Assembly (NCBI GenBank): GCA_028826165.1
Contig: JAPDFW010000090.1
Location: 1 to 64,000 of the forward strand
Direction: 5' to 3'
Length of the DNA: 64,000 nucleotides
Source: Anaeramoeba ignava BMAN
Lineage: Eukaryota > Protista > Anaeramoebae
A program made the position numbers and the translations under genes. The notes beneath the pieces are model-generated. The model had not been told where the DNA came from and did no database searches. It saw only the letters and a list, made by a program, of their open reading frames with translations. Positions 22,385 through 36,228 of the stretch are shown here, piece by piece. Each line of letters opens with the position of its first letter. Within the stretch, counting starts at the first letter, position 1.

Positions 22385-22530
22385 ACAGAAAATAACTTGA
22401 AAAAAAAACAACAAACAATTTTTTTTTAATATTTTTTTTTTCATTTTTTTTAAATAAATCATTTTTTTCCTTTTCCTTTTATTTTTTAAATTATTTCTTT
22501 TTCAATTTTTTCTTTTTATAAAATCATTTA

Positions 22531-24804
22531 ATGTCTAAAAATTCTACAAAAAGTTTAAAAGAAAATGAATTAATAATAAATGATGAAATTAATAAATTTA
22601 AACAAGATTTTTTTGTGTTTTTTTGTCAACAAAGAACACAAAGAAATCATAAATATCTTCAAGTATATATTTAAAATAATTTTTTAAAATTAATAAAATA
22701 TTTTTTTTCCTTTTTTTTTTAGAAAGATTCTTTTTTAAAGAAAAGTTTAGTTCAAGTTGAAGATCATATGATTCTTATTGTTAATTTACAAGATAAAAAT
22801 GATCCTGATTCAAATTTTACTTTAGAGGAATGGCATTTTGAAATTCAAAGAGGGTAGATTTATAAATTAAAATTCATTTATAAATATAAATTCATTTATA
22901 AATTTAAATTCATTTATAAATTTAAAATTCATTTATAAATTCATTTATAAATTTAAATCCATTTATAAATTAAAATTCAATTATAAAATTAAAATTCATT
23001 TATAAATTTAAATCCATTTAAATTTAAAATTTATAAATAAAATTTATTTATAAATTAAAATTAAAATTAATAAATTCATTTATAAATTAAAATCCATTTA
23101 TAAATTAAAATCCATTTATAAATTTAAAATATTTAAATTTAAAATTTTTTAAATTCACTTATAAATTTAAATTCATTTATAAATTTAAATTCATTTTAAA
23201 TTTAAATTTAAATTCATTTTAAATTAAATTATTATAAATTAAAAATCATTTATAATTTAAATTCATTTTATATTTTAAAATTCATTTATAAATTAAAATT
23301 CATTTATAAATTTAAATTCATTTTATTTAAAAATTTTAAAATTTATAAAATTCATTTATAAAAATTTAAAATTTAAATTTCATTTTATAAAATTTAAATT
23401 CATTTTAAATTTAAATTTTAAATTTAAATTTATTTTTATAAATTTAAATTTAATTTAAAATTTTATAAAAATTTAAATTCATTTATAAATTTAAATTCAT
23501 TTATAAATTTAAATTCATTTATAATTTAAATTCATTTATAAATTTTTAAATTCATTTATAAATTTAAATTCATTTATAAATTTAAATTCATTTATAAATT
23601 TAAAATTCATTTTAAATTTAAATTCATTTTTAAATTCATTTTAAATTTAAATTAAAATTCATTTTTAAATAAAATTTAAATTCATTTATAAATTTAAATT
23701 CATTTATAAATTTAAATTCATTTATAAATTTAAATCCATTTATAAATTTTAAATCCATTTATAAATTTAAATCCATTTATTTAAATTCATTTATATAATT
23801 TAAATTCATTTATAAATTTAAATTCATTTATAAATTAAAATTCATTTATAACATTTAAATTCATTTATAAATTTAAATTCATTTATAAATTAAAATTCAA
23901 TTATAACTTTAAATTCATTTATAACTTTAAATTCATTTATAAATTTAAATTCATTTATAAATTTAAATTCATTTATAAATTTAAATTCATTTATAAATTC
24001 ATTTCTATAAAATTCATTTATAAATTTAAATCCATTTATAAATTCATTTATAAATTTAAATTCATTTATAAATTTAAAATTCATTTATAAATTTAAAATT
24101 CATTTATAAATTAAAATTCATTTATAAATTAAAATTCATTTATAAATTAAAATTCATTCATAAATTTAAAATTCATTTATAAATTTAAAATTAAAATTTC
24201 TTATTAAAGTCGATTAGAAAAAAAATTCGATAGTCAGTTTTTCAAAAATCAAATATTATTAACTTTTAGATCAATACAAACAATTATGAATTTACTTCCA
24301 TCAATTGAAATTATTCAATTATTAAAAAGAACAAAAACTTCATCTCATAAAATTGATTTAAAAATAAGATGGGAAGTTGAAAATTTAAAAAAGAATTTAA
24401 ATGGAGAGTTTATTTTTGAACCAATTTTAACAACAACTCAACAAAATTGTTCAAAAGCAAAAATTTCTGTTTATTATCAAAAAGATATTTCAGATTTAAA
24501 AAACTATGCAAAACCTCGATTTAATCATATAATAAATTATCAAAATCATCTTTTTTCAACAAATCAAGTCATTCAAAATATTTCAAAAAATTCACAACAT
24601 TCTATGAAAATTAGTGATATTGAAAATATGGATTTACCAGAACAAAAGAAAATTAATCCAAATGAACAACTTCCTTTTGATTTTTCATCTAAAGATCCAT
24701 TTGAAAATGAAAAATTGAATTTAAATTTAGATCCTTTACTAGAAAAAGAAGAAGAAGATTTTAATATTTTAGAATTATATCATGATTTTTGTGTTAGTTT
24801 TTAA
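22531..24804 (+). CDS. ATG13-like HORMA-domain protein (exons 22531-22662, 22723-22853, 24210 onward; 3' end uncertain, possibly to ~25400)
   Basis: Splices in frame to ...ILIVNLQD...FTLEEWHFEIQR|GRLEKK...KNQILLTFRSIQTIMNLLPSIEII, resembling the Atg13 HORMA motifs LE.W and l..RSl....rlLPa. Confidence 0.5.
22854..24209. repeat. Intron filled with an 18-bp minisatellite (AAATTTAAATTCATTTAT)
   Basis: GT at 22854, AG at 24208-24209; tandem units visible. Confidence 0.85.
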
Positions 24805-25559
24805 AAATTAAATTCATTTAAAAATTAAAATTCAAAATTAAAATTAAAATTAAAATTAAAATCATTTATAATTTAAAATTTAAATTCATTTATAAATTAA
24901 AATTAAAATTAAAATTAAAATTAAAAATTAAAATTAAATTAAAAATTAAATTTAAAATTAAAATTTAAAATTAATTTTAAAAAAATCGGATAAAAATTTT
25001 TTCATATTTTAAAGCCAAAAATTAAATTTACAAAATTCGGAATAAAACAAGAAAAAAATGAACCAATATTCAATTGGAATCAACAAAAAAATCAAAAAGA
25101 AAATTCTATTCAAATTTCTGATAATTTTTTTGGAGATTATGTTCCAAAAAAACAAGAATCAATTTATGAAAAAAAACAACTTTTCAATTCAAAATTTGTA
25201 ATTTAATTTTTTATTTAAATTTATTTGATAAAATTATTAATTAAATTTTTTAAATTAGAATGAAAATATATTTATTGAATTAGAAGATATTTGGAAAAAT
25301 TATGGAGAAATTGAAGAATTTTCAAAAAAAATAATTGAACAAAATGAAACAAATTTTTGATAAAATTGAGAACAAAAGAAAATGAAAAAGAAAATGAAAA
25401 TGTTTTCTGGCAAAGAAGAAAGAAATTTTTAAAAGAAAAAACAAAAAAAAAATAAAATCATTTTTTTTCCTTTTCCTTTTCCTTTTCATTTTCCTTTTTA
25501 TAATTTGTTTTTTTTTTTTAAACAAATTATTCTTAAATTTTATTTTCTTTTATTTTACA

Positions 25560-28500
25560 ATGATTTTCTCAGGTGGACCAGTTCAATTTGCAGAAGTATA
25601 TGATTGGTTACAACAAGAAACTGATAGAATAACAGTAATTATCAACAAATTCACATAAAGAGATTAATTGATTCATAAATTCAATAATATACATACAGGG
25701 TCGAGCATCTATAACAATAACTCACACAAAAACAAGATCAATGTTAAAGATTAACATGACAAGCAAAATAACGAAGAGAAAGTTACTTTTAATTCTTCGC
25801 AGCAAAGAAAGTCGAGCGCAAAGGGTTTCTAAACACAATCAAATTAGCAGATCTAATTCAAAGACAAATTTATCTCCAATTTTAAGCGTTTTTCCAAATC
25901 CAAGTGGTATTGAAATGTCTCATGGATTTTCTGATAATCAATCACGAAATTTCCAAAAACCAAATGATAAAGAAACAAAATGGACTCTTTTGGATTCTTT
26001 TTCTGATGGAGTTGAATCTGAATATGAACATGATTTGACTCCTTATGAAAATGATGATAGAGAAGAAGAAAGTGATGATGAAGAAGTTCATATTGGAGAT
26101 GAACCACCTGATAATAAAAATAATATTACGTTTTGTGATAGTACAAGTTTTGGTAAGATTTTCTTATGATTTAAATATCAAATTCTTTTTTTAATTCTTA
26201 TTAAATTTACTTTTAAACTTTTCAATTATTTTTAAACTTTTAAACTTTTAAACTTTTTTAAACTTTTAAACTTTTTAAACTTTTAAACTTTTTAAACTTT
26301 TAAACTTTTAAACTTTTAAATTTACTTTTAAATTACTTTTAAATTACTTTTTAATTACTTTTAAATTTAATTTTAAATTTACTTTTAAAATTACTTTTAA
26401 ATTTACTTTTAAATTACTTTTTAAATTACTTTTTAAATTACTTTTAAATTAACTTTTAAATTACTTTTTAAATTACTTTTAAATTTAATTTTAAATTTAC
26501 TTTTAAAATTACTTTTAAATTTACTTTTAAATTACTTTTTAAATTAATTTTAAATTACTTTTAAATTACTTTTAAATTACTTTTAAATTACTTTTAAATT
26601 ACTTTTAAATTACTTTTAAATTTAATTTTAAATTACTTTTAAATTACTTTTTAAATTATTATTAAAATAATTAACAGAAACACATAATATTCGCTCAGCA
26701 AATCTTAATAAAATAATTGAGCGAATAACACAAGTTCAAGTTGATATACGATTTGTGTATCAAATTTTATTAACATATCGTTGTTTTACAACACCATCAA
26801 AATTTTTACAGAAATTGATTGAAAGATATCATATACAACAATTTCCAGGAGAAGATACAACTGAGTTTCTTCATAAAAAGCAGATTATTCAGTTAAGAAT
26901 ATGTAATATTTTGAAGAATTGGTTGGAAACAATATTAAATGATCCTGATTGTGAAAAAATTTTAAGCAAAGTTTCAAGTTTTATTAATGTTATTGAAGCT
27001 GATAAACCACAAATTGGGAGGTTAATCAGAGATACTTGTTCGAATTTTCCAAAACGAGGAGTGAATCGAGTTCCATTTCATAATCAAATTTTAGCTGATC
27101 CTATTGTTCCGAAAAATATTTTTCATAATAATTTATCTTTTTTTGATATAGATGAAGAAGAAATAGCTCGCCAGATGACTTTAATTGATCAAAAATTATA
27201 TCATCGAGTGAAAGTATAAATCATTTTCAAAATTATTTCAATATTTATTTTAATATTTATTTCAATATTTATTTCAATATTTATTTCAATATTTATTTCA
27301 AAATTTATTTCAATATTTATTTCAATATTTATTTCAATATTTATTTCAATATTTATTTCAATATTTATTTCAATATTTATTTCAATATTTATTTCAATAT
27401 TTATTTCAATATTTATTTCAATATTTATTTCAATATTTATTTCAATATTTATTTCAATATTTATTTCAATATTTATTTCAATATTTATTTCAATATTTAT
27501 TTTAATATTTATTTTAATATTTATTTTAATATTTATTTCAATATTTATTTCAATATTTATTTCAATATTTATTTCAATATTTATTTCAATATTTATTTCA
27601 ATATTTATTTTAATATTTATTTTAATATTTATTTCAATATTTATTTCAATATTTATTTCAATATTTATTTCAATATTTATTTCAATATTTATTTTCAATA
27701 TTTATTTTTAATATTTATTTCAATATTTATTTCAATATTTATTTCAATATTTATTTCAATATTTATTTCAATATTTATTTCAATATTTATTTTAATATTT
27801 ATTTTAATATTTATTTTCAATATTTATTTTTTCAATAATTATTTCAATATTTATTTCAATATTTTTTTTCAATATTTATTTTCAATTTTGTTTTTAATAT
27901 TTATTTTAATATTTATTTTAATATTTATTTCAAAATTTATTTTTAATATTTATTTTTTATTTTTTCAATATTTATTTCAATATTTATTTCAATATTTATT
28001 TCAATATTTATTTTTCAATATTTATTTCAATATTTATTTCAATATTTATTTTTATTTCAATATTTATTTTCAATATTTATTTCAATATTTATTTCATTTA
28101 TTTCAATATTTATTTCAATATTTATTTCAATATTTATTTCAATATTTATTTCAATATTTATTTCAATATTTATTTCAATATTTATTTCAATATTTATTTT
28201 TAATATTTATTTCAATATTTATTTTAATATTTATTTTCAATATTTATTTCAATATTTTATTTCAATATTTATTTCAATATTTATTTCAATATTTATTTCA
28301 ATATTTATTTCAATATTTATTTCAATATTTATTTCAATATTTATTTCAATATTTATTTCAATATTTATTTCAATATTTATTTCAATATTTATTTCAATAT
28401 TTATTTTAATATTTATTTTAATATTTATTTCAATATTTATTTCAATATTTATTTCAATATTTATTTCAATATTTATTTCAATATTTATTTCAATATTTAT

Positions 28501-29849
28501 TTCAATATTTATTTCAATATTTATTTCAATATTTATTTCAATATTTATTTCAATATTTATTTTTAATATTTATTTCAATATTTATTTTCAAAATTAATTT
28601 CAATATTTATTAATTTCAATATTTATTTCAATATTTATTTCAATATTTATTTCAATATTTATTTCAATATTTATTTCAATATTTATTTCAATATTTATTT
28701 CAATATTTATTTCAATATTTATTTCAATATTTATTTCAATATTTATTTTCAATATTTATTTTAATATTTATTTTAATATTTATTTTAATATTTATTTCAA
28801 TATTTATTTCAATATTTATTTCAATATTTATTTCAATATTTATTTCAATATTTATTTCAATAATTATTTCAATATTTATTTTCAATATTTATTTCAATAT
28901 TTATTTCAATATTTATTTTAATATTTATTTTAATATTTATTTCAATATTTATTTCAATATTTATTTCAATATTTATTTCAATATTTATTTCAATATTTAT
29001 TTCAATATTTATTTCAATATTTATTTTCAATATTTATTTCAAAATTTATTTCAATATTTATTTCAATATTTATTTCAATATTTATTTTCAATATTTATTT
29101 CAAAATTAATTTCAATATTTATTTTAAAATTTATTTCAATATTTATTTCAAAAATTAAAAATCAATTTAAAATCAATTTAAAAAGCCATCTGAATTTATG
29201 AATCATGCATGGGTTTGTGAAAAAGCACAAGAATTTTCACCACACATTTTAGAAATACTATCAGATTTTGAAAAAAGAAAGAATTTTGTAATTTCAACAA
29301 TATTACAAAACGCAAAAACAAAACAAAGAGTACGAGCATTATCAAAATTTATATCATTAGCAGGTCATTTAAAGCGATTAAACAATTTCCAAGGGATATT
29401 TAGTATTTATTCCTGGACTTCAATCAACGATGGTTCAAAGACTTCGATTATCATGGGATGAATTAAATCGAAGACAAAAAGCAGAATATCATGATATTCA
29501 ACATCTTGCATCAGATCAAATTGAATTTAAACAATTAAAGCATGCATTGAGTCTTGCAAATCCGCCTTGTATTCCTTATCTTGGAATGGCGCTTGCTGAT
29601 TTAACTAATATTTTTCAGAATCAACCTGCTAAACTTGGTGGGTTAATTAATGTTTCTCGTCTTAATCTTATTTATGAAACTGTTTTGAATTATACTCGTT
29701 TTTGGAGTGTTAGATATGATTTTATTAAAGTTTCTCAAATCCATAAATTATTGTCAAATTTATTGAATACTAAATTTGATGAAGATGAAATGCAACAGAT
29801 TTCATTATCTTTAGAATCTGAAAGTCCAGTTCGTTCGAATATTCTATGA
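25560..29849 (+). CDS. Ras guanine nucleotide exchange factor (REM + CDC25 domains), multi-exon; apparent 1-bp frameshift at ~29412
   Basis: IRSANLNKIIERIT, LLTYRCFTTP, QLRICNILKNW, EEIARQMTLID, LNNFQGIFSI, VQRLRLSW, PPCIPYLGMALADL. Introns 26153-26677 and 27214-29185. Confidence 0.9.
27214..29185. repeat. Intron filled with a 12-bp repeat (TCAATATTTATT)
   Basis: GTATAA donor at 27214, AAAG acceptor ending 29185; tandem 12-mers. Confidence 0.9.
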
Positions 29850-30467
29850 TATTTTATTTTATGAATTTATTTTTAATTTTCTTTAATTGAATTTTTGAAT
29901 GAATTTGAATGAAATTTGATTGAATTTTTAATTGAATTTTTTTTAATTGAATTTTTTTTAATTTTTGATTGAAATTTTGAATGAAATTTGATTGAATTTT
30001 TAAATGAAATTTGATTGAAATTTTTAAATGAAATTTTTAAATTAATTTTTGATTGAATTTTTTATTTGAATTTTTTATTTGAATTTTTTAATTGAATTTT
30101 TTAATGAATTTTTTAAGAATTTTGAATTAATTTTTGATTGAATTTTGATTGAATTTTTAAATGAATTTTAAATGAATTTTTAATTGAATTTTTAAATGAA
30201 TTTTTTAATTGAAATTTGAATGGAATTTTAAATGAAATTTTAAATGAAATTTGAATGAATTTTGAATGAATTTTTGAATGAATTTTTTAATTGAATTTTT
30301 TAAGAATTTTAAATGAATTTTTAAATGAAATTTTGATTGAATTTTTTTTAATTAATTTTAAATTGAAAATTGAAAAATATTGAAAAACATTGAAAAAAGA
30401 AATTGAAAAAGAAAAGAAAACAAAAAGGATCTAAGAAAAAACAAAATGAAAAATCTTCAAATGTTTT

Positions 30468-33400
30468 TCAATTTTTGGACTTCTCCTTTTGAATATACTC
30501 GACAATCAACTTTAATTGGGACATTTTCAAAGTTTTAGCCAAACGATTGCGAATAAAATCGTCACCAATAACTTTGTAAACATCAATAAAAGTGAAAATA
30601 ACGGCCTTTCTGATTTCAGAGTTTGACTTATCAAGATTAGATTTGAGCAAGGGATAAATAGTGTCGAGATTTTTCTGGAGAAGATCTTTTTGGAGATGGT
30701 GACTTAGCTTTCCAAAAAGAGTGATACTTGCAAGAAGAACAGAATTTGAATCCGATGTCAAAAAAGAAGAAATTGAAGAAAGAGCTTTTGAAGGCTCGAG
30801 TACTGGGAGAACGGGGAGCATAAGATCGAAGGTTGCGGAGACGGTTGATTCCTGCGAGAGCGCGCAAATGCGGAAATATTCGTGGAGAATCTCTTTTGTG
30901 TAGATTTTGAAGTAGTTTTCTTGATGAGTCGAAAGAGAGACGACGAGACTCAAAATTTCTTTTTGCAGTTGCGGCTCGGAAACAAAGTATATTTTGAATA
31001 GTTCGAACAAAACAGGGGAGAAGGCGGATTCCCAGAAGGAAATGTTTTTGGAGGTAGAGTATGAAAGAAGGGAGGCGAGAGCAGAAGCACGGTTGAGGGG
31101 GTCGTTGAGCTGAAGAAGAATTTTTTGCGCGTGATTTTGGTCTTTGTCGCTGGACTCAATACCAGCATCGCCTTCGTTCTCGTTTGTGTGTGTTGTGCTG
31201 TCGTCGGCGTCTGAGATGTTTGATTTGATTGAGTTCAGAATCTGCGATGTTTCTGTGGAAAGAATCTGTTTGGTCACAATTTTTGTTTTTTGCGACAGCA
31301 CAACGCGTTTTGTGCGGTTTTTAACAGGCTTTGTCTTCTGGGCTTTGGTGAGCAAAGCAAGGAAGTTTTTGCGGTCATCTTTGGATTGCGATTGGATCTG
31401 TTTCATGAGCTCGTCCTCGTTTTTTTCCTTGAGAATCTGCAGGATTTTCTTGTTTTTCTTCTTGATCTCAAGAGTGGGAATTTTGACCAAAGGACGCAAA
31501 GCGGAGATGATATTTTTTGTGGCAGAGGCCTCGCGGAAATAGTCTGATTTCTCAGCAGAGAATATCTTGATCATATAGTCGAGAACAAGCGGTTTCGAAG
31601 TGGGCGAGGATTTTTCGAGCGTCTTGACAAGAGCAGGCGCGAGAACTGAGATGCCAAGCGTGGTTCGCATGAGATCGGATATGTCCTCGACCGTTTCCTT
31701 GATCTGGTCCTGCTTGTCGTCAAGAAGAACAATGGCGTTTAGTGCGACCAAAATGTTGGTCTGGAAATTTTTTGTGTAGTTGTCCAGCATCTCTCGGAGA
31801 ATTTCCAGACAAAGAACCCGAGATTTCGTCTGGTTATGCGCCATCGCACGAGCAACCGCGGAAAGAGCCGTCTTGAACATCTTGCCGTTTGCGAGCTCTG
31901 CGTTGTTCTGCTGCTTTGAAATTTCGAGCAAACTTTGGAGACCGTTAATCTTGGAAGAAAAATCGCTCGAATTTACCTCCGTAATAAGTTTCTTGAGCTG
32001 TTTGTCCTTGGTTTTTTTCTCCTCTGATTTCTTGCGCGCCAACGGATGCGCCCGTTTAACAACGAGCGTCGGACTGGACGACTTATGCTGAAGAGTCTTA
32101 TTTTTTTCCTTAGTGCTCGACACTGTTGTTGATGAACGATTTTTGCGGTTCTTTGTTGGCTGGTCCTGATTCACAGAAGACTCGCTCATCACGCGCGGCA
32201 TCGAATCGCTCGTCTGCTTTTTTGTCTCCGTTTTGGGCACAACCTTCGGTTTCAGCGTTCGGGCTCTGAGCACGGATTGCTTGTTTACAAGACTGCGTGA
32301 TCGCTGGCTTGTTTTTGTCTTTGTGCCCGTGGTACTCGTCTCCGCTTTGATCACCTCGTAGATTTTATTGCGCGGATTGTTGTCTGGATGCTTCTGTCCC
32401 AATATAAGTTTTTGCAGTCGAGAATCCATTTTCTCAAAAATTTTCCGCGAATCTGACACGCTATGATTAGTTAACTCCCAGAACGCCCGGCTCCCCAATC
32501 GCCGCGTCTCTGCGTCTTTGCTCTTCAGCGCGCACTCCACCACTTCGCTCATCTCATTCACGCAATCTTCTACCTCGTTACTGCCCCAAGTGTGCAGGAT
32601 TAGTCGCCCGTATCCCGCTAACTGCTTCTCAAATTCGTCGTTCTCTCCGTTCGTCATCATCTCCTTAATCTCCCGCGCTATCTCCCCCGACGCCGTGTTC
32701 TTGATCGTCGTCTTGATCGCCCAATCTCCACACTCTTTTATTTTCCCATCAGAATTCGTCAAAATTCTCACTAATCCCGGCAAAATATTTTTTGCGAATA
32801 TCCCTCCAAAATTCTTCCCAAGCTTCCGTGATAAATGCGCTACTACAAACGTTGTGTGCTTCACTACTGCTTTGTGTTCGTCCGCGAGAAGTCCCCCAAA
32901 TATTCCTTCTAGTTTGTTTAATAGCCTGGGAAATTCTTCATAATTTTTCACTGCGTTTCCGTTTAAAATTTTATGGAATTGAAGAATTGCATGTTTTCGT
33001 AATTCCCAATCTTCTTTTTCCAAGTTTTGTTTCATTTCCTCGATTTTTTCTTCGAGTTCTTGGATTGAATTAAACTTTTTTGTATTTTAACAATTTTTTT
33101 TATATAAATATTAAATATAAATATAAATTTTGATATAAATTTATTTTTGAATTTATTTTTAAATTTGTTTTTAAATTTATTTTTAAATTTATTTTTAAAT
33201 TTATTTTTGAATTTATTTTTAAATTTATTTTTAAATTTGTTTTTAAATTTATTTTTAAATTTATTTTTAAATTTATTTTTGAATTTGTTTTTAAATTTAT
33301 TTTTGAATTTATTTTTGAATTTATTTTTAAATTTATTTTTAAATTTATTTTTAAATTTATTTTTAAATTTATTTTTAAATTTATTTTTAAATTTATTTTT

Positions 33401-36051
33401 GAATTTATTTTTAAATTTATTTTTGAATTTATTTTTAAATTTATTTTTAAATTTATTTTTAAATTTATTTTTAAATTTATTTTTAAATTTATTTTTAAAT
33501 TTATTTTTGAATTTATTTTTAAATTTATTTTTAAATTTATTTTTAAATTTATTTGTAAATTTGTTTTTGAATTTATTTTTGAATTTATTTATAAATTTAT
33601 TTTTGAATTTATTTTTAAATTTATTTTTAAATTTATTTTTAAATTTATTTTTAAATTTATTTTTAAATTTATTTTTGTAAATTTATTTTTGAATTTATTT
33701 TTAAATTTATTTTTAAATTTATTTTTAAATTTATTTTTAAATTTATTTTTAAATTTATTTTTAAATTTATTTTTAAATTTATTTTTAAATTTATTTTTAA
33801 ATTTATTTTTAAATTTATTTTAAATTTATTTTTAAATTTATTTTTAAATTTATTTTTAAATTTATTTTTAAATTTATTTTTAAATTTATTTTTAAATTTA
33901 TTTTAAATTTATTTTTAAATTTATTTTTAAATTTATTTTTAAATTTATTTTTAAATTTATTTTTAAATTTATTTTTAAATTTATTTTTAAATTTATTTTT
34001 AAATTTATTTTTAAATTTATTTTTAAATTTATTTTTAAATTTATTTTTAAATTTATTTTTAAATTTATTTTTAAATTTATTTTTAAATTTATTTTTAAAT
34101 TTATTTTTAAATTTATTTTTAAATTTATTTTTAAATTTATTTTTAAATTTATTTTTAAATTTATTTTTAAATTTATTTTTAAATTTGTTTTTAAATTTAT
34201 TTTTAAATTTATTTTTAAATTTATTTTTAAATTTATTTTTAAATTTATTTTAAATTTGTTTTTAAATTTATTTTTAAATTTATTTTTAAATTTATTTTTA
34301 AATTTTTAAATTTATTTTTAAATTTATTTTTAAATTTATTTTTAAATTTATTTTTAAATTTGTTTTTAAATTTATTTTTAAATTTATTTTGAATTTATTT
34401 TTAAATTTATTTATAAATTTTTAAATTTATTTTTAAATTTATTTTTAAATTTATTTTTAAATTTATTTGTAAATTTATTTTTGAATTTATTTTTAAATTT
34501 ATTTTTAAATTTATTTTTAAATTTGTTTTTAAATTTATTTTTGAATTTGTTTTTAAATTTGTTTTTGAATTTATTTTTAAATTTATTTGTAAATTTGTTT
34601 TTGAATTTATTTTTAAATTTATTTTTAAATTTGTTTTTGAATTTATTTTTGAATTTATTTATAAATTTATTTTTGAATTTATTTTTAAATTTATTTGTAA
34701 ATTTATTTTTAAATTTATTTTTAAATTTATTTTTAAATTTGTTTTTAAATTTGTTTTTAAATTTATTTTTAAATTTATTTTTAAATTTGTTTTTAAATTT
34801 ATTTTTGAATTTATTTTAAATTTATTTTTAAATTTATTTTTAAATTTATTTTTAAATTTATTTTGAATTTATTTTTGAATTTATTTTTAAATTTATTTTT
34901 AAATTTATTTTTAAATTTATTTTTAAATTTATTTTTAAATTTATTTGTAAATTTATTTTTGAATTTATTTTTGAATTTATTTTAAATTTATTTTTAAATT
35001 TATTTTTAAATTTATTTGTAAATTTGTTTTTAAATTTATTTTTAAATTTATTTTTAAATTTATTTTTGAATTTATTTTTAAATTTATTTTTAAATTTATT
35101 TTTAAATTTATTTTTGAATTTATTTTTGAATTTGTTTTTAAATTTGTTTGTAAATTTGTTTTTAAATTTATTTTTAAATTTATTTTTAAATTTATTTTTA
35201 AATTTATTTTTAAATTTATTTTTAAATTTATTTTTAAATTTGTTTTTAAATTTGTTTTTAAATTTGTTTTTAAATTTATTTTTAAATTTATTTTTGAATT
35301 TATTTTTAAATTTGTTTTTAAATTTATTTTTAAATTTATTTTTAAATTTATTTTTAAATTTATTTTTGAATTTGTTTTTGAATTTATTTTTAAATTTGTT
35401 TTTGAATTTGTTTTTGAATTTATTTTTAAATTTATTTTTGAATTTATTTTTAAATTTATTTTTGAATTTATTTTTAAATTTATTTTTAAATTTATTTTTG
35501 AATTTATTTTTAAATTTATTTTTAAATTTATTTTTAAATTTATTTTTAAATTTATTTTTAAATTTGTTTGTAAATTTATTTTTGAATTTGTTTTTAAATT
35601 TGTTTTTGAATTTATTTTTAAATTTGTTTTTAAATTTATTTTTGGATTTATTTTTAAATTTGTTTTTGAATTTATTTTTAAATTTGTTTTTGGATTTATT
35701 TTTGTAAATCAATTCGAAATTTACTTCAAAAATTTAGAATAAAAAATTAATATAGCAAAAATTATTGAAAAAAAAAATTGAAAAAAAAAATAAAAATAAT
35801 AAATTTTTCGAAAACAAAATTTACATCCAAAGCATCATATTTCTCACCAACTTTATCCCAATCTACATCAACAAGTTTTTTTACTTTTGGTTTTTCTTTC
35901 TTTTTTTCTTTTATTGTTGCTGTTCAAATATTTTTTAATTAATAAAAAAGTTTTTTTTATTGTTTTTGTTGTTTTAATTTTATTTTTTTTTTAAATAAAA
36001 TAACGCTTTAAAAAATAATTTGTTTAACAAACTTTTTATATATCGAGACAT
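30468..36051 (-). CDS. CLASP-like TOG/HEAT-repeat microtubule-associated protein (start position tentative)
   Basis: TOG-like EDWELRKHAI...; DKDAETRRLGSRAFW; C-terminal SNSEIRKAVIFTFIDVYKVIG...SQLKLIVEYI typical of CLASP. Upstream exons at ~35825-35919 and 36033-36051 splice in frame across a 2.7-kb intron. Confidence 0.78.
33075..35824. repeat. Intron filled with a 12-bp repeat (AAATTTATTTTT)
   Basis: Over 200 tandem 12-mers between minus-strand GT (35824) and AG (33075). Confidence 0.9.
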
Positions 36052-36228
36052 TTTATTTTAAATAGAAAAAGGGAAAAAAAATGAAAAAAAAAATGAAAAA
36101 AAAAAATAATAAAAAATTTTTTTGATTTTATTCTTGATTTTTTTTTTGGAAAGAAAAGAAAGAAAGAAAAGAAAGGAAAAGAAAAGAAAGAAAGAAAGAA
36201 AGAAAAGAAAAGAAGGAAAAGAAGGAAT

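Noticed and set aside
30637-33073. Several overlapping ORFs in and antisense to the CLASP exon
   Set aside because: Expected shadow ORFs in a GC-richer exon; no recognisable motifs.
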